Assembly (NCBI GenBank): GCA_001799485.1
Contig: MGTO01000118.1
Coordinates: forward strand, 1-50,059
Length of the DNA: 50,059 nucleotides
From: Desulfuromonadales bacterium GWC2_61_20
Lineage (GTDB): Bacteria > Desulfobacterota > Desulfuromonadia > Desulfuromonadales > UBA2197
Direction of reading: 5' to 3'
Part shown: one piece after another, positions 29,008 through 38,539 of the stretch
Numbering within the stretch: position 1 is the stretch's first letter
Layout: every line of letters starts with the position of its first letter
Made by a program: the position numbers and the translations under genes
Notes under the pieces: generated by a model
Told to the model about the DNA's origin: nothing
What the model saw: only the letters and a program-made list of their open reading frames with translations
The model's database searches: none

Positions 29008-31044
29008 ATGCGATTTTCCGGCCTCTTTCTCGGTCTCGGGTTGCTCCTTTGTGTGCTTCCGGCGCGGGCCGCAGAGCCCCTGTTACTGGAAGAAATCACC
29101 GTTCGCGGCAGCGGCGAATCACCACGCGACGAAAGTCTCAATATCCGCGAAGTTCGCGAAAGCTCGGCCCGCGATGTGGGTGAAGCGTTGCAGCAGATTG
29201 AGGGCCTTTCCTCCGTGCGCCGGGGGGCCATCGCCAACGATCCGGTTCTGCGTGGCCTGCAACGTGACAACATCAATGTTCTTATCGACGGTGCCCGCCT
29301 GCACGGTGCCTGCCCCTCGCGCATGGACCCGCCGTCCTTTCATTATGACTTTGCCGAGGTGGAGCAGATCCGTATAGTCAAGGGGCCCTATGACCTGGGC
29401 AATCCGGGGAGCATGGGCGGTTTGATCGACGTCACCACCAAAAAACCGGATCCGGGTTTCGGCGGCGATCTCAATCTGACCTATGGTTCGTGGGAAAGCA
29501 TCGGCGCCGCGGCCACCGCCGCCTACGGCGGCAAGCTCTGGGACGGGCTCCTCGGCTATGCCTACAAATATTCCGATGTCCCCGAGAGCGGCGACGGGAA
29601 AAAGTTGACCGACGTCTACCCCGCCGCCAGTCCCAACCGTTACCGCCCCGAGAACATCGACTCCAGGGCTTACGAGATCAACACCGGCTGGGTCAAGCTC
29701 GGCTTCGCCCCGAGCGAAAAGAGCCGCAGCGAACTCGGCTACTCCTACCAGGAGGCGCAACATGTCCTCTATCCCTACCTGAAGATGGACGCCGATTATG
29801 ACAAGGCCCAGCGCCTCAACTGGACCTGGCGCACGGAGAAGCTGCCGGGCGTGGTGGAGGAAGTCCTGGTTCAGGCCTATTGGGATCGGGTCGAACACCT
29901 GATGGATGATACCCTGCGCGCCAGTTCGCTGCCGAGCGGGGTGGTGACGCGCCCCTACTCGATGCAGACCGACGCCACCACCGAGGTCTACGGCGCCAAG
30001 CTCAACCTCGTCACCCCCGTCGGCAGTCAAGGGCGCTGGCGCAATGGCATCGACTTCTACGCGCGCAACTGGGATGCGGTCAACCGCCGCGCCATGTACG
30101 TTCCCCTCGACCCATACCGACCCCTGGCCATGGTTCCCGACGTCACCACGGCCAATAGCGGTATCTTCAGTGAATACGAGCAGGCCCTCAGCGAAAGACT
30201 GAGACTCAGCGGCGGAGCGCGTTTCGACTACGCCAGCATCGATCCCAACGCCGTCAATACGGCAACCGCCAGCAATCCCGACCGCACCTTCAGCACCGTC
30301 GGCGCCAATCTGCAGACGACCTGGCAGGCGACGGAAACAGTCGCCATCTTTGCCGGTCTCGCCCGCGGCAGCCGCCTCCCCGATGCCCAGGAACTCTACA
30401 TCGACGTGCCGGCGACCGCCCCCGCCGTGACCTGGCGCGGCAACCCCAACCTGCAGGCGCCGGTCAACCGCCAGGCCGATCTCGGCATCAAATACAACAG
30501 CGACGGCCACTATCTGAGCGGCTCGGTCTTTTACAGCAGCGTCGAGAATTTCATCAATTTCTACAACGCCTCACCGACCATGAAGAGCTATCAGAACATC
30601 GAGGCCACCCTCTGGGGCGGCGAGCTGGGCGGGCAACTGGCTCTCCCCGCCGACCTCTTCCTGCGCGGTTCCCTCGCCTACACCCGGGGCTACAATGCGG
30701 ATGGCCATCGCCCCCTCGCCGAAATGCCCCCCCTCAAGGGGACGCTGGCACTGCGTTACGACAGCGGTGCAGTCTTCGTCGAGGTGGCGGAAACCATGGC
30801 GTCGAGCCAGGAGCGGGTCGATAGCGCCCTCAACGAAGAGGCGACCCCAGGTTGGGCGACCACCGACCTCAAGGCCGGCTGGCGTTATCGTGACCTCTCC
30901 CTCCAGGCCGGGGTCAACAATCTCTTTGACAAGCTGTATTACAACCATCTCTCCTACGCCCGCGATCCCTTTGTCAGCGGCGTCGGCGTCAGGGTTCCGG
31001 AGACCGGCCGCTATGCCTACGTCACGGTCGGCTACAACTTTTAA
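29008..31044 (+). CDS. TonB-dependent outer-membrane receptor
   Basis: 678 aa with a signal peptide ending ARA-AE, a plug-domain start (EEITVRGS...REVRESSARDVGEALQQIEGL) and a beta-barrel ending in the terminal aromatic ...YVTVGYNF. Confidence 0.9.
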   Translation: MRFSGLFLGLGLLLCVLPARAAEPLLLEEITVRGSGESPRDESLNIREVRESSARDVGEALQQIEGLSSVRRGAIANDPVLRGLQRDNINVLIDGARLHGACPSRMDPPSFHYDFAEVEQIRIVKGPYDLGNPGSMGGLIDVTTKKPDPGFGGDLNLTYGSWESIGAAATAAYGGKLWDGLLGYAYKYSDVPESGDGKKLTDVYPAASPNRYRPENIDSRAYEINTGWVKLGFAPSEKSRSELGYSYQEAQHVLYPYLKMDADYDKAQRLNWTWRTEKLPGVVEEVLVQAYWDRVEHLMDDTLRASSLPSGVVTRPYSMQTDATTEVYGAKLNLVTPVGSQGRWRNGIDFYARNWDAVNRRAMYVPLDPYRPLAMVPDVTTANSGIFSEYEQALSERLRLSGGARFDYASIDPNAVNTATASNPDRTFSTVGANLQTTWQATETVAIFAGLARGSRLPDAQELYIDVPATAPAVTWRGNPNLQAPVNRQADLGIKYNSDGHYLSGSVFYSSVENFINFYNASPTMKSYQNIEATLWGGELGGQLALPADLFLRGSLAYTRGYNADGHRPLAEMPPLKGTLALRYDSGAVFVEVAETMASSQERVDSALNEEATPGWATTDLKAGWRYRDLSLQAGVNNLFDKLYYNHLSYARDPFVSGVGVRVPETGRYAYVTVGYNF

Positions 31045-31047
31045 CCG

Positions 31048-31767
31048 ATGACCGCATTACGGTACCCCCCGGCGACAGAGCAGGGATTTTTCGCCACCTT
31101 GCTCTGCTCGCTGGGGGGGCATATCCTTATCCTGCTGCTTTGGTTGATCTGGCCGGCACATCAGGCCCCACCCCCGACCCACTCTCTGACGGTGCGGATT
31201 GTCCCGGAGGTGCAGCCATTGCCTGAGGCAACCGTAGCACCCCGGCCCTCGCCCGCGCTGATCCGGCCGCGGCGGGAACCCCATCTCCGCGCGCCGGCAA
31301 CCACCGCTCTGCCGGCACCGCAGGCGCCAGCCGAAACGACGAGGGCGGCCGACACTGCCGCAACTGTCACTCCTGCGGAAGAAACGGCAATGGTCAATCC
31401 GCTCCCTCCTGTCGCGGCGGCTGCGGCTGCGGCTTCCCTCTCCTCTGCCAATGCAGACACTTCCCCCAACGCGACCGCAGAACGAGACGCCTATCTGCAA
31501 GTTTTGCGACAGCGCATCGAAGAACGTCGCGACTACCCTCTCCTCGCCCGTAAAGGGCGCCAGCAAGGGCGTGCCATTGTCCGTTTTCGCCTCGACCGCC
31601 AAGGGACATTATGCGAAACATGGCTTGCCGTCTCCACCGGTTCTTCTCTCCTCGACCGCGCGGCGCTGCGTGCTGTCGCCGAGGCGACGCCCTTCCCTCC
31701 GCTCCCCCCAGGGATCGATGTCGCGACGACCTTCGATGCCCCGGTGATCTTCCGCCTCAATCGCTAA
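31048..31767 (+). CDS. TonB-family energy transducer
   Basis: An N-terminal TM helix, a Pro/Ala-rich spacer and a C-terminal TonB domain (YPLLARKGRQQGRAIVRFRLDRQGTL...AVAEATPFPPLP). It starts 3 nt after the receptor stop. Confidence 0.85.
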   Translation: MTALRYPPATEQGFFATLLCSLGGHILILLLWLIWPAHQAPPPTHSLTVRIVPEVQPLPEATVAPRPSPALIRPRREPHLRAPATTALPAPQAPAETTRAADTAATVTPAEETAMVNPLPPVAAAAAAASLSSANADTSPNATAERDAYLQVLRQRIEERRDYPLLARKGRQQGRAIVRFRLDRQGTLCETWLAVSTGSSLLDRAALRAVAEATPFPPLPPGIDVATTFDAPVIFRLNR

Positions 31768-31858
31768 AAGCGTGGCACGGCTGCTGGTTGTTGCAGCTTT
31801 TTGCGTTTTGCGCTAGAGTCTGCCCCCAGATTTCCTCCCGCGACGCTTTGGTGAATAT

Positions 31859-33748
31859 ATGTCGGCATCGCCCACGGCCGCTCCCCGCGGCCGCTATCTC
31901 CTCCTCCTCTCCCTCGCCACCCTCGGAGTGGTCTACGGGGACATCGGTACCAGCCCCCTTTACGCCCTGCGCGAATGTTTTCACCGCTCACATGGCCTGG
32001 CGCCGACGGCGGACAACGTCCTCGGCGTTCTCTCCCTCATCGTCTGGGCGCTGATCATCGTCGTCTCGGTCAAGTATGTCGCCTTCATCCTCCGCGCCGA
32101 CAACCGCGGCGAAGGCGGAGTTTTATCCCTCACCGCGCTGGTCATGCCGTCGCGGAGCGAAGGGCCCGGCAGCCGCTGGGGACTCATCGTCCTCGGTCTC
32201 TTCGGCGCCGCCCTTCTTTACGGCGACGGCATGATCACTCCGGCGATTTCGGTACTGAGCGCCGTCGAGGGGCTAGAGCTGGCGACACCGGCCATCACCC
32301 CCTTCGTCATCCCCATTACCGTCGCCATCATTATCGCTCTCTTTGTCTGCCAGCAGCGCGGCACCGGCGGCATCGGCGTCGTCTTCGGCCCGGTGATGCT
32401 GTTGTGGTTCGGCGTCATCGCCCTCCTCGGCCTCATCCAGATCTGGGCCTACCCGCAGGTTCTCAGCGCCATCAGCCCGCACCACGCCGTGAGCTTTTTC
32501 CTGCGCAACGGCGGCACCGGCTTTCTCGTCCTCGGTTCGGTCGTCCTGGTGGTCACCGGCGGCGAGGCCCTTTACGCCGACATGGGGCACTTCGGCACCC
32601 GGCCGATCCGTCTCGTCTGGTTCTGCCTCGTCCTCCCCGCCCTCCTGCTCAACTATTTCGGTCAGGGCGCCCTCCTCCTTGCCCACCCGGCCAATGTCGA
32701 AAACCCCTTCTTTCTCCTCGCCCCGACCTGGGCGCTGATCCCCCTGGTCCTCCTCGCCACCGCCGCCACCGTCATCGCCTCGCAGGCGCTGATCTCCGGC
32801 GCCTTCTCCCTGTCGATGCAGGCGGTGCAACTCGGCTTCAGTCCGCGCCTCGATATCGAGCACACCTCGGCCAGGGAGAAGGGGCAGATTTATCTGCCCG
32901 GGGTCAACTGGATCCTCATGCTCTGCTGCATCGGTCTGGTCGTCGGCTTCCGTTCCTCAAGCAACCTCGCCGCCGCCTACGGTATCGCCGTCACCGCCAC
33001 CATGGCGGTGACGACCTGCCTCTTCTTCTTCTTCATCCGCGACCGCTGGGGCTGGCCCCTCTCCCTCTCCCTGCTGGTCTGCGGCACCTTCCTCCTCGCC
33101 GATCTTGCCTTCTTTGGCGCCAATATCGTCAAAATCGCCCATGGCGGCTGGTTCCCCCTGGTGATCGGGGTCATCATCTTCACCCTGATGGCGACCTGGA
33201 AGCGCGGCCGCAGCATCCTCTCGGCGCGCATGCGCGAGGGGGCCATGGCTCTCGACCTCTTCACCTCGTCCATCGCCGCCTCGCCGCCCCATCGCGTCCC
33301 CGGCACCGCCGTCTTCATGTCGGGCAACCTCGATATCGTCCCCTCGGCCCTGCTGCACAACCTCAAGCACAACAAGGTCCTGCACCAGCGGGTGGTCTTC
33401 CTCTCCGTCCTCACCGAGAGTTCCCCCCACGTCCCGCCCGCCGAGCGGGCCGACCTCACCCCCCTTGCCGGCGGCATGTACCGTATCGTCCTGCGCTACG
33501 GCTTCATGGATGAACCCAATGTGCCGGCGGCGCTGGCGGCGCTCGAACTCGACGGCTGGCGCTTCAGCATGATGGAGACGACCTTCTTCCTCGGCCGCGA
33601 AACCGTCATCCCCTCGGCCGCCCCGGGGATGGCCCTGTGGCGGGAGCGGCTCTTCATGCTCATGTCGCGCAATTCGCGCACCGCCACCGACTTCTTCGGC
33701 CTGCCGCCCAACCGGGTGGTCGAACTCGGCCTGCAGGTCGAGATCTGA
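31859..33748 (+). CDS. kup: potassium uptake transporter Kup/HAK/KT
   Basis: 629 aa with the signature GVVYGDIGTSPLYALRE and about 12 hydrophobic segments followed by a cytoplasmic C-terminal domain. Confidence 0.95.
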   Translation: MSASPTAAPRGRYLLLLSLATLGVVYGDIGTSPLYALRECFHRSHGLAPTADNVLGVLSLIVWALIIVVSVKYVAFILRADNRGEGGVLSLTALVMPSRSEGPGSRWGLIVLGLFGAALLYGDGMITPAISVLSAVEGLELATPAITPFVIPITVAIIIALFVCQQRGTGGIGVVFGPVMLLWFGVIALLGLIQIWAYPQVLSAISPHHAVSFFLRNGGTGFLVLGSVVLVVTGGEALYADMGHFGTRPIRLVWFCLVLPALLLNYFGQGALLLAHPANVENPFFLLAPTWALIPLVLLATAATVIASQALISGAFSLSMQAVQLGFSPRLDIEHTSAREKGQIYLPGVNWILMLCCIGLVVGFRSSSNLAAAYGIAVTATMAVTTCLFFFFIRDRWGWPLSLSLLVCGTFLLADLAFFGANIVKIAHGGWFPLVIGVIIFTLMATWKRGRSILSARMREGAMALDLFTSSIAASPPHRVPGTAVFMSGNLDIVPSALLHNLKHNKVLHQRVVFLSVLTESSPHVPPAERADLTPLAGGMYRIVLRYGFMDEPNVPAALAALELDGWRFSMMETTFFLGRETVIPSAAPGMALWRERLFMLMSRNSRTATDFFGLPPNRVVELGLQVEI

Positions 33749-33965
33749 CCGCGACGCTGGCACTCCCCCCCCACCGAGCTTCATCTTCATTGCCGCCGTC
33801 TCCTTCGTCTCTGCTACGCCTTCACCTCCCTCTCGCGCCACCTCGAAGCACGCCAGGCCTGGCGCAAGGCGATTTAGAGGATTGAATTAGCTATTGTCTT
33901 TCCGGTGCCACTCGGGCGACAATGCGCCGAGTTTGTGACCTCTCCCCGCCAAAGAGCCACACGCC

Positions 33966-35126
33966 ATGTGCGACACTGCATCGAAGCCATCGACCTCCCC
34001 GTCCGCCGAGGACCTGTCGCGCCGCAGCGATGCTGCGACGGTCCAGGACCAGCGCTACCACTTTGTCCTCGATCAGACTGCCCGCGTCCTCCTCGACGCC
34101 GTCCCCGGCCCGCTGTTGGTCATCAACCGCCACCGCCAGATCGTCTACGCCAATACCGCGGCCGCCGCTCTCGCCCCGGACGCCCTCCCGGAGAGCCTCT
34201 TCGGAGTACGTCCCGGCGAAGCCCTGGCCTGCCGCCAGGCCCTCTGCCAGGAAGAAGGATGCGGCCACGCCGAGGCCTGCCGTCTTTGCGGCCTGGGGCA
34301 AGCCGCGACGGACGGTCTTGCTGGCGCCGAGGTCATCAACGAATGCCGCGTCAGTCGCGCCGAGGGAGAGCACCCCGAGTCTCTCGATCTGCGCGTGCAT
34401 GTCCGTCCCATCGATGTTGCCGGCGAGCGTTTTGCCGTCGTCGCCCTCTCCGACATCGGCGATGAGAAGCGCCGCGCCGCCCTCGAACACATTTTCTTTC
34501 ACGACCTCATCAACACTGTCGGCTGCTTCGACGGCTTTCTCGACCTCCTCGGCGACCCCCGCGGGAATCACGGCGACATCCTGACGCTGCTGCGCATGGC
34601 GGCGGGGCAGGCCCTCGACGAGATCAGGGGCCAGCAGCTGCTGCTGCAGGCGGAGAACGGGGCGCTGCGCGTCAAGCAGGAATTCTTTCTCAGCGCCGCC
34701 GAGCTGCGCAAGGCCGCCGACATCTGCCGTTCCCATCCGGTGGCCGAAGAGCGTCAACTCCTCCTTGCCGACCCCCTCTTCGACCTGCCGCTGCAAAGCG
34801 ACTCCACCCTGCTGCGGCGGATTCTCCACAATCTCCTCCTCAATGCCCTGGAAGCGTCTCCCCGCAAGGGCACGGTCACGGCGGGGTGTCGGGAAGGGCA
34901 AGCTGGGTCCGTCGTCTTCTCCGTCCACAACGAAGGCGTCATCGCCCCGGAGGTCCAGTTGCAACTCTTCCAGCGCTCCTTCACCACCAAGGGTCCGGGC
35001 CGCGGTCTCGGCACCTACAGCATCCGCCTCCTCGCCGGCTATCTCGGCGCCACCGTCGCCTTCACCTCCACCGCCGATTCCGGCACCGAATTCACCCTGA
35101 CCCTGCCCAAGTCTGTTCGCGCCTGA
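33966..35126 (+). CDS. soluble PAS-type sensor histidine kinase (orphan)
   Basis: PAS-like N-terminus (LLVINRHRQIVYAN), H box FFHDLINT, N box LLNALEA and G boxes GRGLGT. No adjacent response regulator. The start has a weak SD. Confidence 0.8.
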   Translation: MCDTASKPSTSPSAEDLSRRSDAATVQDQRYHFVLDQTARVLLDAVPGPLLVINRHRQIVYANTAAAALAPDALPESLFGVRPGEALACRQALCQEEGCGHAEACRLCGLGQAATDGLAGAEVINECRVSRAEGEHPESLDLRVHVRPIDVAGERFAVVALSDIGDEKRRAALEHIFFHDLINTVGCFDGFLDLLGDPRGNHGDILTLLRMAAGQALDEIRGQQLLLQAENGALRVKQEFFLSAAELRKAADICRSHPVAEERQLLLADPLFDLPLQSDSTLLRRILHNLLLNALEASPRKGTVTAGCREGQAGSVVFSVHNEGVIAPEVQLQLFQRSFTTKGPGRGLGTYSIRLLAGYLGATVAFTSTADSGTEFTLTLPKSVRA

Positions 35127-35324
35127 CCCTGCCGTTTTGGCTACTGCCATGATCTGGCGACCAAGGTCCGGGAGGCACTGGACGAGGATCGAAAAACTGC
35201 TGGTTTGCTTTTCGCCAAGGTGCCGGTATATGCTCGCGGAGTATGTAGTCGGGAGGGATGCTTGCACTTGGGCGCGCGCTTGTTTGTGTAGTAGACAAAA
35301 TTAGTCACAATTGACGGGGAAGCA

Positions 35325-36137
35325 ATGCGGAAAATATATCTGGCAATAACCATCCTTCTTCTGGTTACGGCGAATTCCCTGGCGGCGGAGGCACCGCCGG
35401 CACGGCCGACCTTCCGAGTTGAGGCTCTCGATCCGGCGGTCGACACAACCATTGCCACCGGCGACAAGCTCTACCTCCGACTCAGCTATGAAAGTCCGGT
35501 TGCGGTCCGTTTTCTGGCCGAAGCGGTGCGTCAGGATGAGCTTCAGGAGAAGTCCTTCAGCAGTTCGACTCCGCCCTATGCCGCCGGCCGCGGCGAGGCC
35601 ATCGTCTGGCTCGGTTTCCCCCGCGCGGTTCGTATCGACGAGATTGTCATTACGGCCTATGATATGGACTGGCAGGAGATCGGCTACATGAATACCCCCT
35701 TTGCCGTCTCCTGGAGCGATCACGCTGCCGGCGATGCCCGCCAGCTGGCTCCCTGGGTCGAACCGCTGTTGCGGACACACCGCCGGGTCTTCGATACCAC
35801 CATCGACCCGCAGCCGACCAAACCGGCGCCCCTCTTCGATATCTTCTTCCTCATCTCGGTCGCGTCGGTCCCCCTCTACCTGCTGCTGCAATCGCGCATG
35901 GTCTTGCGCTATCGCGGGGAGTGGCGCAGGGCCGCTGCTGCCCCCCTGCTCACCGTCCTCCCCTTGTGTCTCTATTCGATCTTCGGTCTTGGTCTGCAGA
36001 CCGCCAACTGGGTGATCTTTCTCTTTTACTTCTTTCCCGTCTCCCTGAGTTTTCTCTGTCTGCTGTGGCTGATCAGGTGGGTATACGCCCGGCGCAAAGC
36101 GATCGTCGAACTTGCCCGGCAAGAGGACAAAACTTAA
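35325..36137 (+). CDS. hypothetical membrane protein (signal peptide, periplasmic domain, about 3 C-terminal TM helices)
   Basis: MRKIYLAITILLLVTANSLAAEAP... followed by C-terminal hydrophobic helices. Codon bias is consistent with coding. Confidence 0.6.
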   Translation: MRKIYLAITILLLVTANSLAAEAPPARPTFRVEALDPAVDTTIATGDKLYLRLSYESPVAVRFLAEAVRQDELQEKSFSSSTPPYAAGRGEAIVWLGFPRAVRIDEIVITAYDMDWQEIGYMNTPFAVSWSDHAAGDARQLAPWVEPLLRTHRRVFDTTIDPQPTKPAPLFDIFFLISVASVPLYLLLQSRMVLRYRGEWRRAAAAPLLTVLPLCLYSIFGLGLQTANWVIFLFYFFPVSLSFLCLLWLIRWVYARRKAIVELARQEDKT

Positions 36138-36221
36138 GCTGCCCGCGCCCATAACCGGGCTGTAGAGTCATCCCCCCCCGAAGGGTCTAGCCTCACTTCG
36201 CCATCTCCTTTTGGACCCCTT

Positions 36222-36626
36222 ATGGCCTTTGATACCATCGACGACGCTTTCCACTATGTCAGTAACGCTCCCCCGGGCGAACGGCGTGCCGTCGTTCACC
36301 GCGGCAGCGGCCGGGTCTATCTGGCCTCGGTCAAGGCCGATTTCGACGAACGCCCGGCCGGGAGCGAAAGCGATCCCGCCTATCTGAACATCCCCCACCG
36401 CCAGGAACTCGACCCCGGCAAGCCGCTGTTGCTGGAGTTTGTCCGCAGCCACTGTCCGGGGGAACTCCCCCGGATCGAGGGGCTCTTTGCCCGCCCCGGC
36501 GCCTACCGCAACGTCAAGGATCACTTTCGCCGTCTCGGGCTGCTGGAGAGCTGGCAGGTCTTCGAGGGGGAGAAAATCAGCGAGCGGCTGCGTCAGTGGT
36601 GTATCGCTCAGGGGCTGATGCTGTAG
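36222..36626 (+). CDS. hypothetical protein, UPF0158-like by recollection
   Basis: 134 aa. The C-terminal GAYRNVKDHFRRLGLLESWQVF resembles the GAFRRFKD...W signature that I recall for UPF0158. The SD is weak. Confidence 0.5.
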   Translation: MAFDTIDDAFHYVSNAPPGERRAVVHRGSGRVYLASVKADFDERPAGSESDPAYLNIPHRQELDPGKPLLLEFVRSHCPGELPRIEGLFARPGAYRNVKDHFRRLGLLESWQVFEGEKISERLRQWCIAQGLML

Positions 36627-36637
36627 GGGCGCGGGGA

Positions 36638-37294
36638 TTAAGCCGGTTCGGCGAGGAGGAGGCGGTTCTTCGGGGTGATTGCGGCGGGGATGGTCTGGGT
36701 GTAGACGGTGTAGCCGGCGGCACGCAGGGTGGCGACGCGGGTGGCGTCGATGGCGAGGGGGCCGTCCAGCCAGCCGAGGAGGCCACCACTCTCGGCGACA
36801 TCGAGATCGTGGCAGCAGGGGAGGACGGCGACTCTGGCACGGGCAGCCATCGCCCGCGCCAGAATGCGGTCGGTAAGACCGCCGCAGGCATGGGCCGAGA
36901 CGACGATGTCATCGGCGCTGAGGGGGATCTCTTCCAGGCTCTTTTCGACAAAATGGAGTTGGCCGCTCAGACGCGGCCACTCAGTCTGCAGGGCGGTCGC
37001 GAGGGTGGCGGCGCTGGCGGGGAGGCGCAGGTCGACGGCAAGGGCGGTGCTGGACTGGCTGTCGAGAAGCAGCATGATCTGGGCGAGAAGGCCGTGGCCG
37101 CAGGCCAGATCGACGACGCGGCCCCCGCGAAAGCGCCGGCGCACCCGTCGCGCCATCTCCCACGCTTCATAAAGCTCTTTGCGCGGCAGGCAGCCGGCCC
37201 GGCAGACCGTCCGGGCGATGCGGTCGAAGAGGGTCATGCCGGCAAAGCGGGGGAGGTGACGTTCATTCAGGCGATTGCGGGACGAGTAGTCCAT
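36638..37294 (-). CDS. class I SAM-dependent methyltransferase
   Basis: Motif I VVDLACGHGLL. The track start at 37327 is a TTG abutting the stop of the GreA-like gene (37326..37324), without sharing bases. The ATG at 37294 is listed here. GTG 37306 and ATG 37237 are also possible starts. Confidence 0.7.
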   Translation of the reverse strand: MDYSSRNRLNERHLPRFAGMTLFDRIARTVCRAGCLPRKELYEAWEMARRVRRRFRGGRVVDLACGHGLLAQIMLLLDSQSSTALAVDLRLPASAATLATALQTEWPRLSGQLHFVEKSLEEIPLSADDIVVSAHACGGLTDRILARAMAARARVAVLPCCHDLDVAESGGLLGWLDGPLAIDATRVATLRAAGYTVYTQTIPAAITPKNRLLLAEPA

Positions 37295-37323
37295 AGCGAG
37301 GGGCACCCCAGTCGCGCCCGGGC

Positions 37324-37806
37324 TCAAGCGACATCGACAATGGTGAAAGTTTTCGGCGTCATTCCGCTGCTGGTGTCGAATGCGTCACCGCAAACTTTGC
37401 CGAGCAGGGCGCGTCCCAAGGTCGACTCCGGGGTGATGACGATGCACTCGCCGTCAACGTCAACCAGCTTCAAGCCACCGGCGTCGGGACCGAGAAAGAC
37501 CAGGCGGGTATTGCCATCCTCGTCTTCGAGGGTGACCAGGGCAGTCAGACGAATCGGCGTCGTGGCGGTGAAGGAACGCAGGGTCAGGGTGCGATAGCGC
37601 TCCAGCGCCCGGCGAATGTCCTGGGCGCGATTGGCCTGTCCCTGGGCGACGTAGGAGGCTTCGAGGCCGGTGGTGTCGTACTTGTTGTCGGCGATGCACT
37701 CCACATGCGTCGCTGCGGCATGGGCGGTGCGCGCCGCGCGAGTCAGGAGTTCGAGGTCGGCGTCGAGGGCGGCGGTGATTCGGGAGAGTATCTCCTCTTT
37801 ATTCAT
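37324..37806 (-). CDS. GreA/GreB-family-like protein (coiled-coil plus FKBP-like C-terminal domain)
   Basis: The ATG at 37806 gives MNKEEILSRITAALDADLELL.... The C-terminal ...ITPESTLGRALLGKVCGDAF resembles the GreA C-terminal domain. Confidence 0.65.
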   Translation of the reverse strand: MNKEEILSRITAALDADLELLTRAARTAHAAATHVECIADNKYDTTGLEASYVAQGQANRAQDIRRALERYRTLTLRSFTATTPIRLTALVTLEDEDGNTRLVFLGPDAGGLKLVDVDGECIVITPESTLGRALLGKVCGDAFDTSSGMTPKTFTIVDVA

Positions 37807-37900
37807 GCTGCTGCCGGATCTCTCACGTCTGCTCCTCGGTGGCAAGGAGTGGGAATCTAGCAGAAGTCGCAGACTATTGTAACTGCAAAGCAGAGCGCCC

Positions 37901-38152
37901 ATGACTTGGTCTCTTTATATCATCCGCTGTTCCGACGGGTCGCTCTACACCGGGATCACCACCAACGTGCCCCGGCGCTGGCGGCAACATGCCGCTGGCC
38001 GGGGTGCCAAGTATTTGCGTGGGCGGGCGCCGTTACAGCTGGTCTATGTCGAAGGGGGATATACCCGCAGCTCTGCCACTCGGCGCGAGATTGCAGTAAA
38101 AAAACTGAACCGGGAGCAAAAGCTGGCCTTGATCACGGCGGCGGACGACTGA
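37901..38152 (+). CDS. GIY-YIG domain protein (small, UPF0213-like)
   Basis: 83 aa: WSLYIIRCSDGSLYTGITTNVPRRWRQH...R...E (the GIY/YIG, Arg and Glu pattern). Confidence 0.85.
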   Translation: MTWSLYIIRCSDGSLYTGITTNVPRRWRQHAAGRGAKYLRGRAPLQLVYVEGGYTRSSATRREIAVKKLNREQKLALITAADD

Positions 38153-38274
38153 TAAGGCAAGCATCCCCCCGCTTCCTGGTTCGGGCGCAACCTGCACGCG
38201 GCCTTCCGCGGTTAGCGTGAATAGGATGGTAGCGTACCGGGTCACGACTCTTGCTGTTACAGGTAGCATTGCCG

Positions 38275-38301
38275 AACGGCCGGCTTGGCCGTTATTTTTT
38301 T
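38275..38301 (+). terminator. Rho-independent terminator
   Basis: AACGGCC (38275-38281) pairs with GGCCGTT (38287-38293), followed by ATTTTTTT. Confidence 0.7.
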
Positions 38302-38539
38302 GTTTAAGGAACCGCCAAGATGTGAAGCTAATAATTAAACCTAGCACACCTATTGCATCGCAGTGGTTGCTCTGTCCGCATCAGCGGGAAAAGTTCGGCC
38401 CGTTTTCCGGGATAACCCGGAAAATAGGCCGACTAGGAGTTGCCCCGCCTGTCTTCCCCGGAGTCTACCGTCGCCATAAGCCGGTATCGGCTGCGTAAAA
38501 GGACGAGATGCTTGCTGGTCTTGTTGAAAGGTGGCGTTC

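Noticed and set aside
31768-31858. TGGCACG upstream of kup as a sigma-54 -24 element
   Set aside because: No GC dinucleotide occurs at the obligatory 10-nt spacing. The TTGCA lies 17 nt away. The region is better explained as a weak terminator hairpin (GCTGC/GCAGC plus a T-run) after tonB.
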